The position numbers and the translations under genes were made by a program. This document shows, piece after piece, positions 25,033 to 37,053 of a stretch of 64,000 nucleotides of DNA (position 1 is the first letter of the stretch; every line of letters starts with the position of its first letter). Under the pieces are notes generated by a model. That model saw only the letters and a list, made by a program, of their open reading frames with translations, was not told the origin of the DNA and did not search any database. Where the stretch lies: NCBI RefSeq assembly GCF_004010195.1, contig NC_057749.1, positions 11,884,839 to 11,948,838 of the forward strand, written 5' to 3'. The stretch is from Chiloscyllium plagiosum (taxonomy: Eukaryota).

Positions 25033-25506
25033 GTATGCGATTCAAAACGCAGAAATCCCTTTTCACTCTCCTCCCTCTCGGCCTTGGACACATGGCCCCA
25101 ACCTCCGAAACGGCATTGGTGGAGACCAATCTGTAGGTACATCTGTCCACAATGGTGTTGACAGATGTGACCATTACACAGTCATTGTGGAATCACAGTG
25201 GCCCGAAACAGGCCTCCAGTGGCTCACTGCAGAGCATGGCGGCAGCTCGTGGTCAGACCATATGGAGGCCCCTACACTAGTCTGCTGCAGAAAACCTTTG
25301 GAGAGAGACTGCGATGTTTGTCTTTTTAATTCTGTTTCTTGTTTTTCTGACCTTTGGTTATACTCTGTATAGATGTAAAGTAACGTTTTTCCTTCATTTC
25401 TCTATTCTGTAACTCAGGATCGTGCCTAGGTACCTCTGTACCATGGTGGCGCTGTAAGTGACGACTTTAAAACTTTTCACTGTATTCATTTGAGTACATG
25501 ACAATA

Positions 25507-26199
25507 AAGTTTTTGTTGCAAACGTTTCGTTCCCTGGCTAGGCGACATCATCAGTGCTTGGGAGCCTCCTGCGAAGCGCTTCTTTGATGTTTCCTCCGGT
25601 GTTTATAGTGGTCTGTCCCTGCCGCTTCCGGTTGTCAGTTTCAGCTGTCCGCTGTAGTGGTTGGTATATTGGGTCCAGGTCGATGTGTTTGTTGATGGAG
25701 TTTGTGGATGAATGCCATGCCTCTAGGAATTCCCTGGCTGTTCTCTGTCTGGCTTGCCCTATGATAGTAGTGTTGTCCCAGTCGAATTCATGCTGCTTGT
25801 TGTCTGCGTGTGGCTATCCTTAGTAGCCACACACGCAGACAACAAGCAACATGAATTCGACTGGGACAACACTACTATCATAGGGCAAGCCAGACAGAGA
25901 ACAGCCAGGGAATTCCTAGAGGCATGGCATTCATCCACAAACTCCATCAACAAACACATCGACCTGGACCCAATATACCAACCACTACAGCGGACAGCTG
26001 AAACTGACAACCGGAAGCGGCAGGGACAGACCACTATAAACACCGGAGGAAACATCAAAGAAGCGCTTCGCAGGAGGCTCCCAAGCACTGATGATGTCGC
26101 CTAGCCAGGGGACGAAACATTTGCAACAAAAACTTCCAGCTCGGCGAACAGAACCACAACAACGAGCACCCGAGCTACAAATCTTCGCACAAACTTTGA
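25507..26199 (+). mobile_element. Penelope-like element 3' fragment with ~310-bp inverted duplication, hammerhead motif and 14-bp TSD
   Basis: Right arm encodes a GIY-YIG C-terminal-like peptide SLVATHADNKQHEFDWDNTTIIGQARQRTAREFLEAWHSSTNSINKHIDL. Arms are 25507-25816 and 25824-26135. TSD ACATGACAATAAAG at 25496-25509 and 26200-26213. Confidence 0.85.
26085..26124 (+). ncRNA. Minimal type I hammerhead ribozyme motif in Penelope pLTR (mirror copy on - at 25518-25557)
   Basis: GCA-CTGATGA-T-GTC.CCT-AGCC-AGG.GAC-GAAAC[A/G]TT-TGC: conserved core, stem II, short stem I (GCA/TGC). Confidence 0.75.
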
Positions 26200-28030
26200 A
26201 CATGACAATAAAGCTAATTCAACTCAATTTAAAGTGACCCTGTAATTCTGACCTACCAACTTACCTACACCTGCCACAGAGGACAACCTTTAAGGGACTA
26301 TAAAGAACATAACAATGAGTCCAAGTATCTTTAGTATTCTATTCTATCACACTGGCTGATAGCGAACTCTTAAAATGCATTTGTTTGAAGCATATTTTGG
26401 TCATAATTAATGTAGAAGAAACTTTCCAATGTTATTATTTGGAATTTTCCAAAAAATTCTGTCACGTCAACTGCCTTTAGGTTGTTCACAGTAATGAACT
26501 GAGAGGTGATAGACACAGTTTTTCTGCTCCTGTTAAAGAGCTGAGTCTTTTTTCGTTTTCTGAACCTGTCTGGGCATGTGCTTCACCTCAGATAATTGCA
26601 CCATTTTTAATTTTCCTAAACAGTCCAGATGAATGGAACAATGATTCAAGACAAACCACAAGTAGAAAGCTTTCCTCAGATTGTCCATAAAATATAATCT
26701 TCTGTAAACTGTGGGCACCCGGTATAATAATCTCATTGCCATAAATCACGCTGTGCACTACCCAGTATAACACCAACGTTGCTACAGAATACCTGTTACA
26801 GCAGTCTCCTTATTAACCTATAACACATCATACAGAATAACACAACATTCTGCTCATTATTATAATTACACACAAAACATTTCTTGTGGCTTGACTGCTT
26901 GAGAGAACATGCTGTGCTGTACCCAGATTATGTCATAATGCAAGGTCTGTTATTCTATACTACCTCCCTCCCTCTCCCCATCCCCAATAAGTTAGTTATT
27001 CTGCATAAAATCTCATGTTATATAACACACAGTCTGTTACTCTGTATAAAACATTTCTCGTTGGCAGAGATCAGAATGTGAACTAGTCAATAAGCAGCCC
27101 CTCATTAATACACACTTAGCTTTATTTTTTACAATACTCTCATGAGGGGAAATTTGGCTATTCACTTATTCCTCCTCCTACCCCAACATATACAATCAGC
27201 TATCGATCACAGCACGAAACTCTATATCCTCCTTATACGCTTTCCTCCCAGCACACCTTCAACAGTCTCCCCATTTCAATCTCTGCTCTTGGCTCCCTTA
27301 GCCTTGTCTCAAAAGTATCAACTTCTCCCCATTTCAGAACACCAGTTATCAACCCTCTTCTGAAACTACAACAAACTCCAAGATCTCTGAACATCAATCT
27401 TTGAAAGAACAATCCAACTAATTCCCTGCCCCAAAAAAATCAAATCACTGCAGATGCTGGAAATCTGAAACAAGCACAGGGTACTGGATAAACTCAGGTT
27501 TGTCAACATCTGTGAAATGAGGAAGTTGTGCTTCCTCATAACAGACTTGAAACAGTACTTCTCTCTCCTTAGATGCTGCAAGACCAGTTGAATTCCTCCC
27601 AAATTCTGTGTTCATTTGTAGTTTCCTGCCCAGTTCCTTCCCTATAGGATGATATTGTTTTCTTTTTCAATTGTACACCGAAATTTCCTTTTGTAATTAA
27701 CAGTGAATTTGTTTTCACCATCCTTTCAGGCTGTGCATCATGACTCAATGCAAAACAAAAAGTCTCTTCATCACACCCTCTGGCTCTTTTACCAATTATC
27801 TTGCTCGTTACTGGCCCTCTTGTCAGTGGAAATAATTTCTTGTTATTTACTCTATCAATTTTTTTTTACTCTGAAGGCTTATTTAATATCTACATAATCT
27901 TTATTGCTTTAAGTATAATAACTCAATTTTCTCCAGTCTAGAATTACATGAAATTGATTTGTCAATTTATTTATGCTTATTAGGAGACAGATATCACTCA
28001 AGTCTTGAATATTTACAAGAATGCACAAAC

Positions 28031-28167
28031 CCGAAAAGGTGTCACATCCTTTGTAATGAAGGAGATCTTGAAGTTGGTGCATAGCAATGTCCCAGAGAGA
28101 TCATGAGCACTTGTGTCCGTAGCAATACATTTTCGGACATTGCTCGTCTCACTCACCACAAGTTCCC
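28031..28167 (-). CDS. MTMR10: MTMR10 exon 3
   Basis: 137 nt, (G)ELVVSETSNVRKCIATDTSAHDLSGTLLCTNFKISFITKDVTPFR; AG/GT. Confidence 0.92.
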
Positions 28168-29930
28168 CTGAAATAAAACAACTGGAGATTAGAAATACCT
28201 CAGTGTCCCACCACATTGGTGATTATGGTTTATATCCCCAGAAATAAAAAGTTATGGTGTCCAGCCCAATATTTCATAACCAACTAATTCCAAACAGGAT
28301 CCAAATCAAGTCAGAAAAGCTTTGGGGAAAGAATGGGGTCAAGTAAACTTGGGATAACTTGAGATCTGCTATTTTCAATTCTGGTGTTATGTATAGACAA
28401 TCATGAAAAGAATCAAATACTGGCTTTCAAAAGTCTTTCAAATTCCATTCATCCACCATCTGCATTGGGAACAGTGATAGAGGAGATCATCCAGCCTCTT
28501 GAGCCTGATCCAGCTTTCAATAAGATCATGGCTGAACTTCCACATAAATTAATTTGGCAATTTTCCTTTTGTACCTCTAATTTACAAAAAATATCACATT
28601 TAATTTTAATTAACAGCATATAGAAAAGTTCCAAATTCCCAGCACCTTGTGTTTCCTAGTTTCACTCCTAAAAGGTCTGATTCTAATTTTGAGACTACCC
28701 TCTCGTCAACTCGCTACCAAACCAGCAGAAAGTTTCTCTCCAGCTACAAAATCTGTTCCTCTCAATAGTTTGAAATTTTTGACCAAATCACACCACCTCC
28801 ACCCCGCTTAACCTTCTAAATTCCAGGGTCACATGCCCAGTTGTGTAATCTTTCTTCCCAATCTAAGCATTGGAATCCAAGTATTATTCCAATAAATCTA
28901 TACTGCATTCCCTCCAAAGTCAATATATCTTTCTCAAGGTGTTGCGATCACATTGGTTAAAGTAACTCCAGACAGGGTCCACACTTGGCTTTGTAAAGCT
29001 GAAATATAACTTCTATTCCATGTGTTTTAGTCATTTGGATATAAAGGTCAGCATTCCATTCACTTTTGATTTTTAATGTTTTATGCCCTGGATCCCCACT
29101 GTTGCCAGCTTTTCAGCCTTTAGAAAACAGTTGCTTTATCCTGTTTAAAACCAAAGAAGTGAAGGTTACAAGCTGGTTCTACTGTAACACACCTGGTCAA
29201 GAGCTAAAATGCTAACCAAGATGCATTAAATTATCAAAAATAGCTTCAGTCTGCAACTTGACCAGTTTTTTTCAAAAAGTGATGTTGAATGATTAAAAAC
29301 ACTCCAACAAGCAGAGTGAAAATGGTTTAGTTTAAGAACACACACACGAGACATCGACAGAAAATGTCTGATTTAATAAAGAAAAACCATCACTGTACAG
29401 TCTGATTGCTCAGAGATTCAATTAACATGTCACTCCATGCTGTGGCTTATAACAGGGCTACAAATGTTCCTACTCAACATGTTTCAGATGGTTATAAGTC
29501 AGTTTAAAAAAAAGCGTTTGTGCAGCCATAATCACATCTGCTGCTTCATATCAAAAAATGCAGCCTGGCCAGCAGCTTCAGGTTGTGAAACTGCCTCATT
29601 AGTGGTTGCTGGCCCTGTGTTCGAGAATATCAGCCAGTTGTACAGTCAGTTGAAAAGCATAGCCATTAATTTTACACCTAACACCTTCATATGGTGAGGC
29701 AGAGACTGCATAGAAATTCCAGTCCATTGATATGGCACTACCTGCCTTGATTAATCCACAGACTAAGCTAAATCCACACTTTGTGCCATTCTAACATCAG
29801 TCTGTTTCAGAATTGTTCTTAAATGTCACACAACAAATCAGCATTTTTAAAATCCAATTCAAATATTGACTCTTGCAGCAATTTGATTTTTTCTTGAAAA
29901 ATCATTTTCACGAAGATTGCATTCTAAAAT

Positions 29931-30252
29931 GGGGGCAGCATGGTGGCTCAGTGGTTAGCACTGCTGCCTCACAGCACCAGGGTCCCAGGTTCGATTCCAG
30001 CCTCAGGCAACTGCCTGTGTGGAGTTTGCACATTCTCCCCATGTCTGCATGGCTTTCCTCCGAGTGCTCTGGTTTCCTCCCACAGTCCAAAGATGTGTAA
30101 GTCAGGTGAATTGGCCATGCTAAATTGCCCATAGTGTTAGATACATTAGGGTGTCAGAGGGAAATGGGTCTGGGTGGGTTGCTCTTCAGAGGGTCGGTGT
30201 AGACTTGTTGGGCCGAAGGGCCTTTTTCCACACTGTAGGAAATCTAAATCTA
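29931..30252 (+). mobile_element. V-SINE (HE1-like), full length
   Basis: A and B boxes, V-domain, AATCTA tail. Confidence 0.9.
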
Positions 30253-30652
30253 AAGTTATTCCTAACCAATCTTGTTTACTGAGCCCTGAATCTCCACTGC
30301 TTTGGGGAGTTTAATAAGACTCAGTGTGCCTGAAAGATTTCTCTCTTGTATAACAAAAAAAACTCTTCATGAAATTAATGTTTATTGCCAACACACTAGG
30401 ACAGGCTTGGACTTGTTTCTGATACTGAGCAGCTAAACCACCTGAAATGTTCCAGCAGATCTCTCTCACCAGAACAGTAGGTGGAAATCTGAACATATGT
30501 CCCCAATAACAGCTGATTGAAAATCACAAAAACTGAGACTGTAAACATTTTCTGTAGGTTTAAGGGGTAGAAACCAAGGCAGGTAGTTGAAGTTAAGATA
30601 CAAGTCAACCATGATCTTATTAAATGATACAACAGGTCCAAGGAACTGAATA

Positions 30653-30777
30653 TTCCTGAAGGAGGGCTCCGGCCCAAAACGGCTGTTTTTCTGCTCCTTG
30701 GATGCTGCCTAACCTGCTGTGCTTTTCCAGCAACACACTCTCAACTCTGATCTCCAGTGTCTGCAGACCTCACTGTC
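30653..30777 (+). mobile_element. Family A hammerhead element, single arm, mutated core
   Basis: TTC-CTGAAGG-AGGGC-TCCG-GCCC-AAAAC; TSD TCCAAGG[A/G]ACTGAATA at 30637-30652 and 30778-30793. Confidence 0.7.
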
Positions 30778-32928
30778 TCCAAGGGACTGAATAGCCTCCT
30801 CATTTTTGCTATCACTGAAAACTATAAAATGGGCACAGTGATGGAAACACCCATCAAAGTTCATCAGACAGACACAAGACGTTGCCAACAGTGCATACAC
30901 GTGTAAGTAGTTGAGACAGGGTCACAAGACAATTCAATTACGTGGAAAACGTCAGACATTGTACCCAGTCCATCAAAAGCAAAACAAATCAGACATTCAA
31001 TCACTGCACCAACAGTCAGCAAAAGGCCTAAGCCCTCTTACAGTGTGCAGGAAATATTCATTCTGCCATTTCTTCAACTGTTCATACAACACAAAATACT
31101 TGCTTTGTGGTGGGTTAAACAATAAGTTTTGTGTTGAATTATTAAAGCTCATTGCCATGTGAGTCATAGAATCATTACTGTTATCACGAGTGTACCACTG
31201 CCTGAAAGTGCTCAGTGTAACTCAGTGGAACACCCGGACATTACCACAGCAATAATGCTGTCAATATATTTTTACTCACCAATGGGATGCAGGTTGGGCC
31301 AGCATTAATTGCCCATCCCTACCTGCCCTCAAGAAGGTGCACGTGAGCTACTACTCACTTGTGACTAAATATCTTCATCCATTCAAAATCCAGTTCAGCA
31401 CAGTTAGCATGGACAGAGCGATTCCACAGTTCATTTTATACCATTGCTGAGTTTTATGGCACAAAAAAACTCCGGTAGAAGCAAATACATTTATGACATG
31501 GAAGGAAAGGATTCAATCCATTAGGCCCAAGTCAGCCAACAAGCAACCAGCCAGTTTAGTCCCACATTGAAATACTTCAACCCATAGCCTTGTGGGTTAC
31601 ATCAGAACAACTGCATACCCAGTACCTTTTAAAAAATGAGGTTTTCTGACTCAAACACCCTTTCACCCTGTAAAATCCAGATCATCTCAATTCTTTGAAT
31701 GAGAACATTGCCCATCACCAGTGCAGCTCTTCAGTAATGACCCGCTGACAATTCCCAAACAGATCTCCCTCCCCCAAGCACTGACCCTCCAACAGCGCAG
31801 TGTTCCCTCAGTGATGTCCTTTTAAAATAGAAAAATTGTGTGTATCTTGTTTAATTTGATGATTAGGTTACAGCATTAATGATGATGATTTCCACTGGTG
31901 AGACACCGACATGCCCAATCATACTACAGCTGGGTTCCAATGTGACAGCCTTCCAAATTATTGTCCCATCAATAATGACATCTGCTCCCAAAAGAGGAAA
32001 TTTACACAGCTGTGACAGAATGAGACAACACTTTCTAAAATTATTTAGAAATAAGCTATTTTGTCAAAACTTGCACCCCTACCCATACCAAGGAGTACTC
32101 TCTCTCTCTCTTATCCTGTACTATCCTGTGCTCCAGTCTCTCAGACTCAGACCAAAGTAACTGAGACACCTGACAGATTGGTGTGACACTGCTGCTGGAA
32201 ATAACAGTATGTCCTAATTAGTCACTACAAGATACACAGCATCAATCAAATCTACCTTTAGTCAGATCTGAGACACTGCAGGGAAGTGAAATTCACCCTC
32301 CAACTGTGATCAACTGTGACATCGCTGCAAAACTGGAACTTAACGATTGTACAAAAACTGACCCACTGCTGTATCCCAAATGTACATTGGTTCCAAATCA
32401 ATCTGAGCAACATATACTGGGTCCTAGGGCAATCAGGATCTACTTGAACAGTAAAAGCAACACCTCAATTTTGAAGCTCACTCCCTTGTTTTAATATGCT
32501 TCCATCGTTCCTCTCTTTTGCCAAACCATTTTAATGTCGCCTGGTGTTGCTCAATATGAAAGGTTATTCGGCCCATCAAGCTGTTACTGATCCCAGTAAC
32601 CTCTGATCAAGAACATGGTTCTCCCCAGACTCTGGTCAATAAACTGCCTGACCAGATTCTCACTCAGAAAACATCAAACCCTGGGCACAATCTGCAGCCC
32701 AGCCTCAGACAGTAGACCCTCTCTTACCAAGGTGCACACCCACAAGGGAACCTTCGGTCCCTCGCCCCCATAACAGCCCACGTTGAGCTCCCACTTCAGG
32801 GGGCCTTTCTCTGGAACTTTTCTCTCCGTTTTCCTTCAAAGTTTCTACCCCGGGCTCAGACTCCTAGCTCTCAGTGCGGCCCTCCCCACTCACCGCCTCC
32901 GCGGCCCCGGCTTCGAGTAAAGACTCAC

Positions 32929-32986
32929 CCGGCAACAGCGCGGCCTCACACACCCGGTTCACTTCGGCCCGGCTCGGGAAGGAGCT
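32929..32986 (-). CDS. MTMR10: MTMR10 exon 2
   Basis: 58 nt, SSFPSRAEVNRVCEAALLP(G), joining exon 3 to give the conserved LLPGE motif; acceptor ttccgtAG, donor GTGAGT. Confidence 0.85.
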
Positions 32987-33066
32987 CTACGGAAAGAAAC
33001 AGCCGTTACAGCAGACACCGAGAGAGCGACAGAGACCGCGGCCTGACACATCGCACTCAGCCTCAC

Positions 33067-33132
33067 CTCCGCCGGCGGCAGGTAACTCCTGAAACTCGGC
33101 CTCGAGCTCTTCATCCCCGAGCCGCGGAACAT
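33067..33132 (-). CDS. MTMR10: MTMR10 exon 1, coding part
   Basis: MFRGSGMKSSRPSFRSYLPPAE then GTGAG donor; the P.FRSYL motif is typical of the MTMR10 N-terminus; 80-nt first intron. Confidence 0.85.
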
Positions 33133-33299
33133 CCCGAGGGACGGGTGGGAGGGGCGGGGCCTGGTCTGATGGGGGCGGGGCCTGCTGGTGGGGGCGGGGC
33201 TTTGGCGGGTGGGCTCTGACGGGGGTGGGACCTGTTGGGGGGGCGGGGGGGTTTATGGGGGTGGGCCAGTGGGGAACTTGGTTCGTGAGAGATGGCAGC

Positions 33300-33864
33300 A
33301 ATGATGTGGAGGAGCCAGTGTTGGACTGGGGTGGACAAGTTAAAAATCACCCAACACCAAGGTCTGGGCCAACAGGTTTATTTGGAAGCTGTAGCTTTCA
33401 GAGCGCTGCTCCTTCATCAGGTGGGTGTGGAGCGTAAAATCACAAGACACGGAATTTATAGTGAAAGATTACAGTGTCTTGTAACTGAGATTATATATTG
33501 AACAAAAGCTAGTGCTTCCAAATAAACCTGTTGGACCATAAATGGGCAGCACGGTGGCACAGTGGTTAGCACTGCTGCCTCACAGCGCCAGAGACCCGGG
33601 TTCAATTCCCGACTCAGGCGACTGACTGTGTGGAGTTTGCACATTCTCCCCGTGTCTGCGTGGGTTTCCTCCCACAGTCCAAAGATGTGCAGGTTAGGTG
33701 AATTGGCCATGCTAAATTGTCCGTAGTGTTAGGTAAGGGGTAAATGTAGGGGTATGGGTAGTTTGCGCTTCGGCAGGTCGGTGTGGACTTGTTGGGCCGA
33801 AGGGCCTATTTCCACACTGTAAAATAATCTAATCTAATAACCTGGTGTTGTGTGATTTTTAACT
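33300..33864. mobile_element. Family B palindromic hammerhead element, split by a V-SINE
   Basis: Homologous to 48051-48265. Minus-strand CCAC-CTGATGA-AGGAGC-AGC-GCTCT-GAAAGCTA at 33392-33424; right arm at 33503-33541 resumes at 33838-33864. Confidence 0.75.
33544..33836 (+). mobile_element. V-SINE (HE1-like), full length
   Basis: GGGCAGCACGGTGGCACAGTGGTTAGC...GGTTCAATTCC, V-domain, (AATCT)n tail. Confidence 0.9.
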
Positions 33865-34009
33865 CAGAAAAGCGGGTCAGTGGTGCAGAGGGGAGGAAAG
33901 GCCCAGAGGCAAAGCAGTGTTGTCAAAAGTAGAGTGGGTGGGGCCAGGAAGAGGACAGTGTCAGGGTGGTGGGAGCAGGGCCACTAAGGTTGACCTTTCG
34001 GCAAAATGG

Positions 34010-34171
34010 CTACTGCAGATGCTAGAGATTAGAGTCAAGATTAGAGTGGTGCTGGAAAAGCCCAGCAGGTCAGGATTTCTGAGGAAGAGCCTTTGCCTGA
34101 AATGTTTATTTTTCTACTCCTCAGATGCTGCCTGACCTGCTGTGCTTTCCAGCACCACTCTAATCTTGACT
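34010..34171. mobile_element. Family A palindromic element, degenerate hammerhead core
   Basis: Inverted arms 34033-34074 and 34131-34171; CTGAGGA-AGAGC-CTTT-GCCT-GAAAT between them. Confidence 0.7.
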
Positions 34172-34329
34172 TGGCCCTACGAGGGGCTTCCATGAAACCA
34201 ATGTGGGTACGAACACGGGCAAGGAGCCTTGGGGTTGTGGGAGCATTAACAACATGAACAAGGGAAGGATGTCCTTAGGGCAGAGTCATTGCTGGGACCA
34301 TGAGGACAACAGGCTGGAAGTACTGCATG

Positions 34330-34453
34330 GTAAAAACAATGACTGCAGATGCTGGAAACCAGATTCTGGATCAGTGGTGCTGGAAGAGCACAGCAATTCT
34401 CGAATGCTGCCTGAATTGCTGTGCTCTTCCAGCACAACTGATCCAGAATCTGG
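34330..34453. mobile_element. Family A-related hairpin element, ribozyme part deleted, 16-bp TSD
   Basis: CCAGATTCTGGATCAGTGGTGCTGGAAGAGCACAGCAATTC and its near-perfect inverse; TSD CTGGAAGTACTGCATG at 34314-34329 and 34450-34465. Confidence 0.75.
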
Positions 34454-35060
34454 AAGTACTGCATGTCTAGGATAAGATCAGGGAAGGAGTGGATCTAGAG
34501 ACTAATGAATGGGCTGTGGGTCTAGATCAAGCCCTGGGAAACATCACCCCTCTGATGGTGTGGGATCAACAGGTGAATGGGATTCAGGGCAGACAAAGGA
34601 GTTTTTGATGATCTCAAGTGTGTGGTGTGGGTAACCAGCTAAGAGTACATTGGAATAATCACATCTGGACATAACAAAGGAATGAACACAATGTTCTGTA
34701 ACAGAATAACTCAGATGATGCAAAGTTGGATTCTGTTCCAGAGGTAGAAATAGGTAGGCTTAATGATCACTCAATTGTGTGTTCCAAAGCTCCTCTTGAT
34801 GTCAAATGTAACACGCAAACTTAGTATGTTGCCAGGGGGAGGGCTGGATTTGATAGCTATTCAACAGTAGATTGGAAGTAATTTCTCTTATCTGGTACTT
34901 GATGTTGATGTGCTGTCTTATATTGTTACAAAAGAAGAGATATCCAGAGTGGTGACTGTGACCAAAGGGCAACATGTAGGTGACAAATAGGAAGACAACA
35001 AAGAGATTTCTTTGAATATGGTGATAACAATGGAGCAAGAAGAAAAGTCCTTGCATGTGA

Positions 35061-35401
35061 TACAGTAGGATCCCTACAGTGGAGAAGCAGGCCATTCAAT
35101 CCATTGAGTCCACAGTGACTATCTGAAGAGCATCCCACCCAGACCAATTCCCCTATTCTCTAACCCTGAATTTCCCCTGGGCAATCCACCTAGCCTGCAC
35201 ATCCCTGGACACTATGGGCAATTTACTATGGCCAATCCACCTAACCTGCATGCATATCTTTGGACTGTGGGAGGAAAGTGGAGCACGCTGAGGACACGGG
35301 GAGAACATGCAAACTCCTCACGGACAGATGTCCGAGTGTGGAATCAAACCCGGGTCCCTGGAGCTGTAGGGCAGCAGTACTAACCACTGAGCTACCATGC
35401 C
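35061..35401 (-). mobile_element. V-SINE (HE1-like)
   Basis: Reverse-complement A and B boxes and V-domain. Confidence 0.8.
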
Positions 35402-36863
35402 AAACCAATAGTGGATGACAAGTAGATAAATAAAAATGGAACCAGAACAGAGTAATCACAGCCAGTCAACCAATGGTGGAGAGACATTAGAGATGGATGG
35501 TAGAGTCATTAGGTTATAGATTGCAGACTGGTTGAGAAGGTTGACGAAGGGTCACAGTCACATGCAATGTCATTTGACAAGAGCTATCTCTGTACAACAG
35601 ATGGCAGAGATAAAACCCTGGTTGAAGAATTCAAACCTGGAGTTCTGGGTAAGATGACAACAAATTTAAGTGACAGAAACGCATTCAAAATCTTTGGTGA
35701 CAAAAGGGACGTTGAAGATGGCACAGCAGTTTGCTAAAATGTTAAGCCAAGCATTACGCTTTGAGGGAGGGATGAGGAATAATAGGTTTCAAGAAGCAAG
35801 GGGGAATTGATGAGAATAATGGCTTTAAGGAGAACTGATGTATCAAAGTTGGAGGTGAGCACATAGTTGAGCAAATCAGTAGCTGCAGAAATGTTGTAGT
35901 AAATGTTTGGAACTTTGAAAGTGCAGTTTTGAGTTAATTATGGATTGTATCTCCCAGGAGTGGACACAAGAAGAGGTTGAATTGTGGCATAAAAAGGAAA
36001 TGTAATGGTGAGTGATACAAGGAAGTGATCAGAAATGAGCTGATCTGGGATTAATATGATTGCAGTAGTAAGACTTCAGGAGATGGCAGGGTCAAGGAGT
36101 GTCACCATGACTAAGGGTTTACACAATTGAAGAGATTTAACAAGGAAATAAAGACTGTGAATTCAAAGGAGAGAGATAAGGGTTGAAATCTCCAAGAATG
36201 AGAAATTGCTCAGTGCAGAGGGAGGCAAACAGGGAAAATATCTCAATTAGAGGATTTTTTAAATGGGGTGTAGAAAGTGAAGATTTTAAACGAGGGCTGA
36301 GACGGTGGAACAAGCTGAGATGCTTATAGAAGAAGGCAGTAAGGAGTCAGGCCAGAACAGCAACACTGCCATCACAACAGTATATTGAGATTAGAAATGT
36401 AAGGCATAGTCAGGTGAGAGGATTTCACCTTGGTGAGTGTTATCACTTTTCAGACAAGTTTCCATGAAGGCCATGATGTTAATACAAACATCCACAATAA
36501 ACTAGTGAATGGCAAGAAACTTCTTGACTAGTGATGAGGCATTCTAGGGGAAGATCCGCAGAGAAAGACCAGAAGAGTTCATAGACTTGGCAGTGGGACA
36601 TGTGAGTAAGAGGGGGAAGAGTTGGCAAGGTCAGTCCCCAGTGGATGGAGGATCAGCAAGTAGAGTATGGAGGATGCTAAGGAGGCACAAAGAAGTGCGG
36701 ACTTACCAAAAGAGAGTTAAATCTTGAACAGCAGCAAGAGAATCTGGAAGGTCAAAGAGTTTTGAAGAGTTTTGGCCAAATTTTCATTCTTGAGGCATTC
36801 AGTGGAAGTTAGGTCTGCCTCAGGTGAAACTTTTCTGTATGACAGGAACATCACTATAGAGGG

Positions 36864-37053
36864 TCTAGATCAGAGTGGTGCTGGAAAAGCCCAGCAGGTC
36901 AGGCAGCATCCGAGGAGCAGGAAAATCAACGTTTCGGGCAAAAGCCTTTCATTTTCCTGCTCCTCGGTTGCTGCCTGACCTGCTGTGGTTTTCCAGCACC
37001 ACTCTAATCTAGACTCTTGTTTCCAGCATCTGCAGTCCTTATTTTTACCTCAA
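36864..37053. mobile_element. Family A palindromic hammerhead element, 12-bp TSD
   Basis: Inverted arms around ~36926-36952. Minus ATGA-AAGGC-TTTT-GCCC-GAAACGTT, with the core cut by the junction. TSD CACTATAGAGGG at 36852-36863 and 37054-37065. Confidence 0.78.

Larger units (their letters stand above)
32860..33275 (-). promoter_or_regulatory. CpG island and GC-box promoter of MTMR10
   Basis: Strong local CpG enrichment in an otherwise CpG-poor window. GGGCGG boxes near 33151, 33172, 33191 and 33241, directly upstream of the ATG; no TATA box seen. Confidence 0.8.

Noticed and set aside
32987..33350. Proline-rich ORFs over the promoter
   Set aside because: Products of the G-rich GC-box region; the real MTMR10 frame starts at 33132.
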